Shown here piece after piece: positions 1 through 12,690 of a DNA stretch of 64,000 bases (positions are counted from its first letter, which is position 1; each line of letters begins with the position of its first letter). The DNA is from the human T2T-CHM13v2.0 reference genome, Homo sapiens. Where the stretch lies: assembly GCF_009914755.1 (NCBI RefSeq), contig NC_060938.1; one strand, written 5' to 3'. Both the position numbers and the translations under genes were made by a program. The notes under the pieces are model-generated. The model did not search any database. It was not told where the DNA came from and saw nothing but the letters and a program-made list of their open reading frames with translations.

Positions 1-1837
1 CCATTATACTCATTCCTGAAGGGTTTGAAAATATTCATCTATGCAGCTATCTGGAGGGATGGGTAGTAGTGCTTTCTCAGTTTGTCGTTTTCACAGATTC
101 TTCTAAAACTTTAATGCATTTGACTTTTCCAGAATCAAGAAAAACCATATTGCCTTGATACACCCAAGTCATACTGCAAGTCATACTGTGTTGATACACC
201 CAGGTGGGTAAAATTTTCCTTGTGTGTCCAAAAATAAGACATTTAAATTTATAATCAAACTTTTGTCTCTTCTCTTAAATGTGTCTTCATTAATTACCTC
301 CCTTTTATATTCCATTTAGAGTTCTTAAACCATGCATCAAATCATGGGTTTTGTTTCACTAAACACAGAATTTGTCTTTGTGGCACATGCATGAGTTATA
401 ATTAAATTCCTTCTTTTCAGTACAGTTTCTTAAGAAGTATAAATGCAGATTGTACTAACTATGGATACACTAATGTATGCTTATCCAGAAAGTGTGACCA
501 TAACATTCCTATCTATTGATATTAATGGACAGGCAAACTTGCATTCCCAGTGGCAAGCAGGTTATCTCTCTCTCAAGAGTTTTGTGACTTACCATATTTG
601 TGTTGACATGCTTTCTCTAAAATGATATTATATCACAGTGTTTTGCTCTGTTTTAGTATTACCTGCCGGGCAAAATTATTCTTCTTGACAGTAAATTGTC
701 TCTTGAAATGTCAGTTCCCTGCTTTAAAATTCCTTTCATCTATCATCATACCCCTATCATTCCTTTAATTAGATTTTTCTTAAGTTAGAAAAATATTTTA
801 GATTATTTCTCATGGAGGCTTACAAATTAGCCCCTCCTTCTTTTTCCATCCCTTCTTATTAGCTTTCTTGGGTTTCTTTATTCATTATTAGTGCAGTATA
901 CATGGATCTGTAGAAGGCATGGCCTTCCTCTGGCATCTCTCACTATTATGCGAGGCTTTTTCCCTCTGTAGTCTTCCTTAAAAAATGTTCAATAGTCAAA
1001 AACTTGCATTTATCACCGCAGGAGGAAAAAAAAAAGTACAAATTGTTTTGAATACTTGCATCACTCAGGCAAAGAAAAAAAAAAAGAAGACTCAGTGTCA
1101 AAAGAGAGAGGCAAAAAATATGTGTCTGCCACAGCTTAGAGACTTTTCCAGGTAAGACATGATAAAATACATCACAAGGACCGATTGCCAAGGACAGATC
1201 ATTCTTCCTACTCTAGTGCAGAATTATTTACTACATAGGAACTGTAGGTGATTTTTATTCAGCCATGATTGTTTTGTGCAAATTGAACATGTTGCCAGTT
1301 TTTCAACTGGTCTAAGGTATACAGAAAACTTTCCTGTTGGAAGCCTTTCTTGTTCCACCAAAGAGGAGTATAATTATGCAGCTGGAACTAGCTTTAAACA
1401 TTTTATGCAAGATGAAGAAAAGAAACAAGATAGTCACGTGTAATAGGCTTTTACTTAAAGCTCTGGATGAAGCTATAACCACCATGTACATCGAAGACAG
1501 TGTTAAGAGAAAGAAAAACCCATGAATCCCTCAATCTATATCTTCTTACTGATTGTACGGACTGTTTTAAACCTGTCTGTACAATCAGTAAGAGGCAAAA
1601 ATCACATCTACAAGTGTGAATTGGATAAAAGTCTACTTTATCTTGACTTTATCTTGTAAATGACTTACATGTGCCAAAGAAACCATGCTGAGAGCAACTC
1701 TTCTGTTGATTCTGGAGTGATGATGGTAAATTTATAAAAACATCTGAGTTGCACAATGGAAAACACTACAATATGTAAATAGCGTAGATGTGTGATCTTT
1801 GACAAATCACTTCATATCTCTGGTCTATGATCTATAG

Positions 1838-2394
<557 letters not shown>

Positions 2395-3574
2395 CTTTAA
2401 GACATTTGTTGTCAGTTGGAAATAAGCAGAAGACACAAATACATAGGCCACAAGGAACAACAAAAGCTATACTGGGGGAGGGGTTTTTCTCTATGTATAG
2501 AAGCAAAAGTTAGACAAAGTTTGTAATACATTTCTTGCTGTGGTGCAATACATTTTGAACAAATCTAAACAAAATGGATCACAGTTGTTGTCAACTTCGC
2601 AATACTCTTTCTCTTTCTTTTGTGAAAGCAGTTGTGTTACTACAGTGTAGTGTACATTCTGACTCCAGAAGAACCAGCAAGAGGGGAAAACTGTCCTACA
2701 AAAATCTTGTCAAACAATTAGTGCTGACATTCTCACAGTGAACTTATCCTTAAGTGGCACTCTGGAGGCTAGTGCTTCTGCCATGAATCTGATGCAGTTT
2801 TCTGATCCCCAAATGCATGAAAGACCACTTTTCTTCATGACACTAATATCACACTATGGGCACACTATGCTGCCTGTTCTCCAGCTTCTACATAGGCCCT
2901 TGTGAGGAATAGATCCTACTGCTATAACAATACTCACTCTCTCTTTTTGCACAAGGAAAACTTAATTCAACAAGAACTTCCTTTGGCACTTATAATATAA
3001 ATTTTACTACACCTAAGGCAGTATAAAAAAGCAATAGAGAGGGGAGGGAGTCAACCAGAAAAACAAGCCAGAAGCAAAAGAAAAAAATGATGTCTTCCAT
3101 AAGGCAAAGGAATTGGACGATTCAGGAAAGAAGGTCTGATGATGAGCAAATACAGTCAGCACACCTGGTACCAAGTGGAAGACCCACAGTCATGCTTCTG
3201 AGCACTTTTTATGAATCATTCTTATAGAAACTGTTCACTTAATCAGCAGTTGCAGAGTTTCATTTTAGTAAAAAAAGAAATAATAGAATCTGAAATCCTC
3301 AATGTGGCAGAAGTAATGAAGCATTATTCTCATAGTAAGCCCAAAATAAGTCTTTACTGAATACACGAATGAATGAATGAGTGGATAACAATATGTACAA
3401 TTAGGTTTTGTCAAATACAAAAGCAACACAGAGAAATAAGACTTTATCTCAATTCTTCAAGGTTAACGGTTTTATTTTCCCAGTGGATTGTTTAAGACAA
3501 AGGAGACTTTGAGGAGTAATACAGGTGTGAAAACAGTTTAAATGTTCTCAATGGGAAGATAACACATTGTCACT

Positions 3575-3780
3575 GTAAAAAACTCTGGCCCTGGTGTCAT
3601 GCTACTTGTGTTCAAATCTTGACTTTACTACTTACAAGGTGGATGCTATAACCTCAGTCATATGAAATGGAGACTAAAAAATAAGAAAGTCTCCATTCCA
3701 TCAACTTGTTTTGTAGATTAATATGCTAACGAATGTACAGACGTTGATACACTGGATATAGCTCACTCAATTATAAATCC
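3575..3780 (+). mobile_element. MIR SINE remnant
   Basis: GTTCAAATCTTGACTTTACTACTTAC...AACCTCAGT...TGAAATGGAG core-like sequence. Confidence 0.5.
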
Positions 3781-5204
3781 ATTTTTATTTTGTCACTATT
3801 TAAGGCTTTATGTTACCATATAACCTTTGAATAACGCATTTGTCTAAGAGAGATGAAAAATACTACCTGCTTCTCTTTTACCTAGTGTTTCAATTGCTGA
3901 CCAGAGATAAGAGGGAAAAAACTTAAGGGAAGGAGACAACAGGCCAGACCTTGTTGCTCACATGTCAGTAAAGACTAAATATTTAAGGAGTTAAAACTCT
4001 GGCAATGCTAAACCTGTGACTTTAAACAGTCATCAAGTTTTTTTTCCCCCAGTAATCAAATTTTCCACATCTACTCAAAAAGAGTAAAAAGGTTATCATG
4101 TTTTTACTAAAAGAAGAAGGAATCAAAACAAAGAAGTAACAATCAGAGCACATAGAGTGTTCAGAATGAAGAGAAAATGCATATTACAAAGCCACAGCTA
4201 AGAGGCACCCAGGATCACGTGAAAGCTAGAGCTTATGAATTGGGCAATCAGTAAGAAAAAACAAACAAACAAACAAACAAACAAAAATGAAGGAAAGTAG
4301 TGGGGAGGTAGTAAGGGAGAGGGGAAGTATGGCAGGCGGGGAGGTGGGAAGGAGAGGGAGATAAAAATGAAAAAAAATTGCTTGTCTAAAATTTAAATGG
4401 TGTTTTCAAAGTACATAGGAGAAAAGCAAAGCCTTTTTAACAACGTTATTGATAAAAACTTGTGCTTAAAGGAAACTTTTTTTTATTTGAAGACGAAATT
4501 TTGCTCTGCCAAATTTTTAATTAAGCAGTTAAACAAATACAAATGTTTTTCTGAAGAAAAGTAATCAGGACCCTGATAGAGAGAAGTGAAATTGTTTAAT
4601 AAAAAGGTATGAGGCAAAGCGAGGCAAAAACAATATCCAAAATTGAACAGAGGAGAAAAATTGAACTAATACCAGTAGTTTTTAAAAAGTAATAGTTTAA
4701 TAAGAAATAAATTTGTAATTAGTACAATATGACATGTCTGAATTTAATATAAAATCATGGTTATGATAATGTATAAAAATTACATAATAAGTCTATGGCA
4801 ATCATTTTTTCATGTGGATTCAGCTATTCTTTATTAATTTTCAGTTATGTGGTCATTCTGTATTAATTAAAATTCTAAGTAACTTTATAGATGTTTACTT
4901 TGATAGAGTCAACCTTGTCTGACAATTACAGGAGAGTCCACTGAGAAGATCAGTGGATAGAATCTACTAGAAACAATTTTCAGGTAATACCACCTTACCA
5001 CGCTCATTTTCTACTCTTTCCTGCTACATAGTCTGCAACTCCTGGAGGTTTCAACTGTTGACTATAATTAGATTGTTCTTTTCTCTGTACACCTGCAATA
5101 CCCCATATAGAAATACAGAATATCAAGAATTGGGCTCACTGATGAAGGGAAATATATTGGAAATACTCTCTCAGAGTATTCTTTGATAATTAATGTTAAT
5201 AAAC

Positions 5205-5400
5205 AAAACAGCACCTAATATTTTCTGAAGCATACTTTATGCCAAGGCCCTCGCTTCCTATGAATTATTATTATTTAATTCTGGCAAACAGCCTATGATT
5301 TAGGTATTAGTATGATATCTTTATTATTGATGAAGAAATAGAGTCAAGGATTGATTAAATAAATTACCTGAGGTCACAATGCTGCGGAAGGAAAGCCTGG
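5205..5400 (-). mobile_element. MIR SINE remnant
   Basis: TTTAATTCTGGCAAACAGCCTATGA...GATGAAGAAATAGAG...TTACCTGAGGTCACA. Confidence 0.6.
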
Positions 5401-5959
5401 GTCTCAAAAATGCATACTTGTCATACGTTGATATGCTTATGATATCAAATTGAAGTTCAATGTAAAAGTTGCTGCTTTTAATTATTTCAGTTTTTATTTT
5501 ACATAGTAGCTTTTATGAAATGGACACTTATACTATTATACAATAATTCTAACGCAGATGTTAGGAATCAATTGTAGATTTTTTTTCTTATGTATGTAAT
5601 TGGATTGCTCACAGAAAATTTAAAATTAAAAAAGATTATACTCTGTAAATTAAAACACAAAACAAAACATCAGCATGTACATTCATCAACTCAGGTAATT
5701 CTGGCAAAAAAAATCAAAGGAAATAAAACATAATTCAGAATACGTCAATGTAGACTTCTTTTTTCTTGATTCTTCATTAAGAACATGATTTTAGCCAACA
5801 GAATGAATCTGATCATCTCAAATGATTGTATTTTATGGTCTCTGAAGAGTTCACCCTATTTTACTTGTTCAAGTTAAATGAAAAGCAATACCTTTCAACT
5901 GATAAAAATCATTACAAAGTTTCTATTAAAAACACAAAATCTTATGGGTTAAATTGGGA

Positions 5960-6103
5960 TAAAATATTTAAAGAAGCACACAGTTAAATTTAAATTTCAA
6001 AAAATGTTTTTTAGTATAAGTTTGTGCCATGCAATATTTGTGGGGGCAGACACAATATTTGTGGGGACAGACTGAAGCATCTTGTATTTTATTTGGCAGC
6101 CAT
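5960..6103. mobile_element. MER53 hAT MITE, internally deleted
   Basis: CAGTTAAATTTAAATTTC...TTTTTAGTATAAGTTTGTGCCATGCAATATTTG and terminal CTTGTATTTTATTTGGCAGCCATA. Confidence 0.65.
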
Positions 6104-6869
6104 AGTATAAGTACCAAAATGAATCAAATAATTCATAAAGTTTTTGAAGATATGTCAAATGTGTATCTTCTCAAGTAATAAAAATGGCATTTGATGAAAT
6201 TAAAAATCTGAAGGATAGACCTTTTTACTCTAGACACTTTCATATTCCAGTTTAATTAGCTGCTGAAATGCTTCCTGATGAGCTCCTTTATAATGTTTCT
6301 TTCTTTTTAAAAATCACTTTGCTCTTTTTTTCCTGTATTATCATATTTAATGTGGTGAGACTGGGACATTTTATTTCATGTTTAGGAAAGGAAGTAGCCT
6401 GATAAATAATTAAATCTAGGATGTGGAATTTTTAGAATTGCCTTAAGATGAGGCACTGTTGTACTATCCTGTCTACTGTTCAAAGGGTGTAGATAGAGAC
6501 ATCAGCTTTCCTTACTCAAATCCTATTAAGGTAAGATGAACAAAAGACAAGTCAAAAGTCTCCATCTTGTACCCCACAGGTTATTCTGTTTAGACAGCCT
6601 CAAAACGATTCTTTGTAAGATTATTTTGCCCTAAGAGTATGGGGGGAAACATTAACCAAAAAAGACCCTATTGAAAGATTACTATCTGCAAGACAAAGCA
6701 AATGATTATGTTTCTTTATACTCCATAAATGAATCATAAAATATCTTAGCTCATTTCTCTGACATGTTAAATTAAGAATAATAGTTACTCAGTGGCTACA
6801 ATCAAAACATAAAAACACATTTTATATTTGTCTCCATACCCAAAACACCTGGCTTGGGTTCATGCTGAT

Positions 6870-7045
6870 AATAATAGTTAATGTTTATAGGGTTCTTATT
6901 TTATGCTAGCTTTTATCGGTGCTAAATCGCATAACAAGAGTTATCTTCTTAAACCCACCAACATTATCAAGAAGGTAGTAATATTAGCTCCTTTTAATGA
7001 TTAGAAAACTTGCCTAAAATCACATAAATAATAAGTGGCAGAACT
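6870..7045 (-). mobile_element. MIR SINE remnant
   Basis: ATAATAGTTAATGTTTATAG...ACTTGCCTAAAATCACATAAATAATAAGTGGCAGAAC. Confidence 0.55.
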
Positions 7046-7340
7046 TCTATAAGATATTTTTCTAGGTGAGAAAAACCCTCTGTAAAGTAGTTAATGGGTA
7101 ACGTAAATTGTTCCTTAAAACATGGAGCGAGTGCTACATTCTACAGAAGCCTTCTGAACTAAGCTGACAAGCTTCTTTCTAGTCTTTCTATTGGTTAGTT
7201 CTAATCCTGATTATTAATAATTAGTTTTTTTAATCACAATCCAAGAATTTTTTTGGAAATGAAATAGATTATAGGCTCTAACCATATCCAACCTGATATT
7301 GTGCTGTTTATTCTTAAGGGATTCACATGCAATCACTTTC

Positions 7341-7480
7341 CAGTGCTTTTCAACCTTGGTTGCCTTTAGAAACTTCTGGGAAGCTTTAAGAAATACTGAT
7401 GCTTGACTCCTCCACTGGAGTTTATTATTCAGTTGATCTAGAATGTGGACCAGGCATCAGGATTTTTAAAGCTTCCTAAT
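7341..7480. mobile_element. MER5-family (MER5A/5B) MITE
   Basis: CAGTGCTTTTCAACCTTGGTTGC...GAAGCTTTAAGAAATACTGATGC...CCAGGCATCAGGATTTTTAAAGCT. Confidence 0.65.
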
Positions 7481-9111
7481 TGCTGAAAAAAAAAAAGTTA
7501 ACATTGTCTCTAGATGAAGATAGTTTATTGTGTATACTAAACCAGTGATAAGCCTTAATGCAGTTGTTTACAGTAGTCTTTGAAGGTGTCTGAATAACAT
7601 TCAAATTGACCCGGCAGCTTTTCTAGAGTACGTATGAGCTATTCCTAAAAAGGCATTACTTTTAACAGACATATAACTCAGCTTCTCTTTGGAATACAGA
7701 ACAAGAAGAGCAGGCTTTATCAGTTCTCAGAGGAGGGTCAAAAGAAGAAAGGGGAAAGTTGCAAAATATATGAAGGTATGAATAAAGTTGCTTAAAATCA
7801 CAGCAATGATAACAGTAAAATTAAAATGAGAAGATATGCTCTCTCCTCAAGAACTAACATTTCAGCAGGCTGCCTGGCTTCTCAATGTCTGGGGGTATTA
7901 GTGCAGTAATCCCAGTCCCCAGCCCCCAGTTTCTAGCTCCAGCTTCTCATAGCAATTGGCATTCTTATGAGAAAAGCAAATAGGCCCATGCATGAAGCCT
8001 TTAGCCCCTTGAGGTTGCCAGAAAGGAAATTAATCCACATGCTAGATTAAAAATATAAAGAGGAAAGCAGGGGGTGGTGACTCTCGGTGGCGGCAGGAAT
8101 AGACACTTGATGATTTAAGAATGTGTAAGTGGCTCTTGGCAACAGGGGTTGACTGTGGGCTTTGAGGCTCTCTGGGCTTATTGGCTGTGGGAGTCCTAAT
8201 TATAAGCATAACAGATAAACTCATCATGACCACAACAAGCTACTTAATCTGGTCCTGCTAATAACAGCCAATTAAATTTGCATTATGAAATGATTTCTAG
8301 AATTGAAGGTAGGTGGACTTTTAATTATAGATTGTTTGGAAACATGAAAGATTTTGAATCAAGGGCTTGAAGCATTATCTTTGGTATGTGGTAATAGTTC
8401 TGATCCTTCCAAAATTGTCTCCTGTCCCTATAACAGAAAATCAGTGAGAAGTGGAGTCAAATTGCTGAATAATTTGGATATAGGAAATTAAGGCTATGTG
8501 TTTTTATTATTCCTTCCTCTAGACATTCTATTATTTCTAGTTAATTTTAATCAAGATGCTGAATGGCCTTTTATCTCTATTTTTTTTCAGCACTGATTCT
8601 AACTACCTAAGATTTGTTTGAATTTGGATTTTAATAAATGCCTTCTTCTCAACCTCTACTGCTAGCATTTGAACTAGTGGATTAGTAATGAAGATGTATA
8701 AAGATAAGGGAAAAGGAACATTAGAATTACCTATATTAGGTCTGCAGTGTCTGAAGATGTCTACAGTGCTTTGATTTCACACTAGCTGCCTGTGGAAGTC
8801 TAAGATGAATAAGTATTAAACTTATTTCAGATTCTGAGATCACAGAGGAAGGAGCCTCATTTAGCCCCATGTCTCTTACTGCAAACACAATTTCCAGTCA
8901 ATAGAAGTAAAAGAAACATTGCTTCCAAATGCACATTTTGGAGTTCCTTCACTGGCTTATTTTTGTTTGTTTTATTTGTTTATCTGCTTGTTTGGCTTTT
9001 CTCTGTAACCTTCCATCTTTAATGGATACAAGAATAGGAAGGTATGTTTCTCTGGAGATGTTAAACAGAAGAATATGTATCGGTAAAGTAGATTTAGGTG
9101 TAAATTGGTGA

Positions 9112-9301
9112 GCTGGTTCTCAAATTTTAGTCAGGATCATCTGAAGGGTTTGTTATAAACACAGATTCCTGGACCTTATCCCCATTTTCTGATTCAGTAG
9201 GTCTGAGATGATAAATTGTTGGGACCCAACAATCTATCTTTCTGACAAGTGCCCACGTGATGCCGCTGCTGCTGGGCCAGGGATCACACTTTGTACTACA
9301 G
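9112..9301 (-). mobile_element. MER5A MITE
   Basis: TGGTTCTCAAATTTTAG...TTCTGATTCAGTAGGTCTG...TGATGCCGCTGCTGCTGGGCCAGGGATCACACTTTG. Confidence 0.75.
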
Positions 9302-10521
9302 ATCTATTAACACTAATGCAAGAGTGACATTGAGGCATATAGTCCAGAAATGCATGAGCAGAGAATTCAGGACCTAAAGTCTCATTTGATTTACTCTAAG
9401 AATGTGATTTCATCAGGGACATCAGATTTTGTAACTTTCCCTTGAACTAATCCAACACATGAGAATGTATTCTGTGATGGTAGTCAATTTCTAACTTCTG
9501 TCTAAATGTTATTGGCATTGGTGGTATGAATATATGATATCCTTCCACTTTGTTATTATTTATTATTACCACTACTATTATTATGTCTCCATCATTATGC
9601 GGTACAACTGAGGTAAAATTATTGTTACTAGGTTCTAGGCAGGTAAACTCAGTATTATGAATCTTTTTTACTAAATTTCTAAATCCCAGCGTTACTGGGT
9701 CATGTTAGAGGCATTCCCTAACCTTGAAGATGATAGAAATAGCCTCAGTATCAGGCACAGCAAACTTTTCTAATAGTTCTTAAAACCACATTTCTGGAGA
9801 AACCCCAGATTCTTGGCCAAAGTTATTCTGTAACTACACATACAAATGGTCAAAAAGACCAGGACCTGATATGAATACATAACAGAAACGCAGAGACATA
9901 AATCCTTACATCCCAGACAGCAATAGAATCATTGAACAAGCTAAAGCTGACACATCAAACAAGCAAACAAATGAAAAACAACAACGAAGGCCTTCATCTG
10001 GGCCAGATGGGTACCAGGGTTTCTATACTATGTTTCACTTTAATAAACCAGTTAAATTTGTTTCAGATACCTATGCATGCCTCATACATAGGGACTTCAA
10101 ATTCCTTACAAGTTTATATCTTACCTTATGTTTAGAAAATTTCTCTCCTCAATCATATTCCTACCTATTCCAGCCCTGTGTTACTGGGAGTCTTTGCATA
10201 TTGTGGTCCTTCTAGAGATGATAATTACCAATGATGGATCATAGATGTTATGAAATGTTACAGCAGGAAAAGCCTGTGGAGATCAGCAAATTTAATTTGT
10301 TATTTTACAGCTAAATGTATTTAGGTAGTGGAAGGTGACAGTCACAGAGCTGGTGAGTGATACAGATCATACAGAAGGGCTGAATTGTGATTCCCTGCAT
10401 GGTGCATTTTCTCTTAATATACTTCTTAAGGACTTCAGTTGTTCTGAAATATGCTTGTCAAGTCTAGCCTTATTTAAACTCTAGATATTGAAAAAATGAT
10501 CTATTTTTTGTATACATTATA

Positions 10522-11335
10522 GTGGGTATTAGAGTTCTGATTCTCAAAAAAACAGAACCAAAATATATAGGTATCTGGCTCTACATCCATCCATCCATCC
10601 ATCCATCCAATCTATCATCTTTCTATATGGAGAGACTTTTTTTTATAGAATTGGTTAATGGGGTTTTGGTAGCTAACAGGATTGAAACCCATAAGGCAGA
10701 CAAGCAGTCTGGAAATTCATATTGATAAATGGAGGTGAGAATTGATGTTGCAATCTTGAATCTAAATTCTTCAGCACAAGCTAGCAGCCTGAAAATACTG
10801 GCAGTTTCTGTGTTTCAGACTTAAGACAGAATTTCTTCTTTTTCTGGAAACCCATGTTTTTATCCTAAGACCTTCAACTGATTGTATGAGGTATACACAC
10901 ATTGTGGAGGGAAATCTGTTTTATTTAAAGTTAATTGATTGTTGGCTGAGCACGGTGGCTCACAACTGTAATCTCAGTACTTTGGGAGGCCGTGGCACAC
11001 AGATCACTTAAGGCCACTAGTTTGATACCAGCATGGCCAACACGGTGAAACCACATCTCAACTGAAAACACAAAAACTAGCCCACCGTGGTGGTGCATGC
11101 CTGTAGTACCAGCTACTCAGGTGGCTGGGGCACTAGAATCGCTTGAACTTGAGAGGTGGAGGTTGCAGTGAGTCAAAATCATGCCACTGCACTCCTGCCT
11201 GGGTGATACAGAGAGACTCTGTCTCAAAAACTACTACTACTAATAATAAATAAAATAATAAAGTCGATTGTAAATGTTAATCACATCCACAAATGGCTTC
11301 ACGGTAATGTCTAGCTTGATGTTTGACTAAACACA
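10522..11335 (-). mobile_element. MLT2 (ERVL) solo LTR, interrupted by an Alu, containing a (CCAT)n tract
   Basis: AAACAGAACCAA...GACCTTCAACTGATTGTATGAGG...GAGGGAAATCTG...TAAATGTTAATCACATC. Confidence 0.7.
10944..11260 (+). mobile_element. Alu (old S/J type)
   Basis: GGCTGAGCACGGTGGCTCAC...GAGACTCTGTCTC plus a degenerate A tail; degenerate duplication AAAGT..GATTGT. Confidence 0.9.
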
Positions 11336-11949
11336 ATGCTTCATGCTACTATTCCAACTGTCTCTCCACCCCCTCCACTTCCGATAGAATTCGCAGCCCT
11401 AAACTTTGTGGGAATAGCAAATGTGAGGTTAATTTAGAAAGCCTGGAGAATTAGTCCCATCTATTCTTTGGGAGTATATTTTTATGCATTTTTAACCTTT
11501 TTAAAAATTTTCTTGAGTAAATTTTCCACCTATATTTTTCCTGTAAAAGAAAGTAAAAAGTTCTTTTCTAACATTTATAAATCATATAGCTGTTGTTTTA
11601 AAGATGTGAGTAGATGTAGCCAAAAATAATTTAAAAAAATAACAAATATATTTTACCATATTTTTTCTGGGAAAAATTATATACTAAGAAATGCAAAAAG
11701 GTCTGTAAATAATAGTCATAATTTATTCTAAATCTAATAAATCCAATACTAGGTTTTGAACTTTCCTGAATCTTAATGTTTTCATTACCCCAAATTGAGA
11801 GTTCAGGTTTTTTTTTTCCCGCTTTTGTTTCTAAAAACTGAATAGATTATTTTACATGAACGGTTAAAATCTCAAACCTGTTTTCACACATGCAGTCCTG
11901 TTACCTGAAAATGCCACCACCTTCTTCTTCTGTATGTATGTCTCAAAAA

Positions 11950-12370
11950 TTGTGTTTGTTTGACTAACAAATTTTACTGTGTATGTGTGAGGTTTACAAT
12001 ATGACATTCTGGGATATATAGAGGTACTAAAGTGGTTACTATAGTGAAGCAATTAACATATCTATCATCATGCATAGTTACCTTTTGAGTGATAAAAGCA
12101 GCTAAAATCTATTTCTTTAACAAAGATCTTAATACAATATCATTTTATTAAGTACAGTCCTCATCTTGTACATTAGATCTCTAGACTTGTTGATGCTACA
12201 TATCTGCTTCTTTCTATCCTTTTTCCTATATTTACACATTTCAATACGTATCACTCCGTTTCTGGTAATCACTATTTTATTCTCTAGCTCTGTATATTTG
12301 ACTTTTTTAAAGATTCTACATATAAGTAAAATTATCTAATAGATTTTTTTCTGTGTCTGGCTTATTTCTG
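11950..12370 (-). mobile_element. L1 (L1MA-type) 3' end
   Basis: GGTTACTATAGTGAAGCAATTAACATATCTATCA...TGTACATTAGATCTCTAGACTTG...TCTGTGTCTGGCTTATTTC. Confidence 0.75.
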
Positions 12371-12499
12371 GATCTGGCTTTAAAAACTACATCAAGTGTC
12401 ATGACCTCAATCTGCGATTCTACCTGCTACTAAATCACTCTCTACTCAGTTTCCCTGACAACATTTTGTTCTCCAAACGGTCTTATCTTATTAGGAATA

Positions 12500-12690
12500 G
12501 CTACCATATGTTAGGCGCCTGCTATGTGTCAGGCACTTGCTTAACATGGTGACATTTAGTCTTCACAAAAGCCCTAAATAATTGATATAAAGTTCCTTAT
12601 TTTAGAGATTAAAGGGTGAGTGCTAAATTACTTAAAGGAGCCAAAATCTTACAATTTATAATGTGCAAAGACAGAATTTAAACCCCCTAC
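12500..12690 (-). mobile_element. MIR remnant (L2 3' tail remnant follows to ~12845)
   Basis: GCGCCTGCTATGTGTCAGGCAC...TTTAGTCTTCACAAAAGCCCT. Confidence 0.55.

Noticed and set aside
4301-4360. G-rich tract as a G-quadruplex
   Set aside because: Irregular long loops in a low-complexity purine tract; no supporting context
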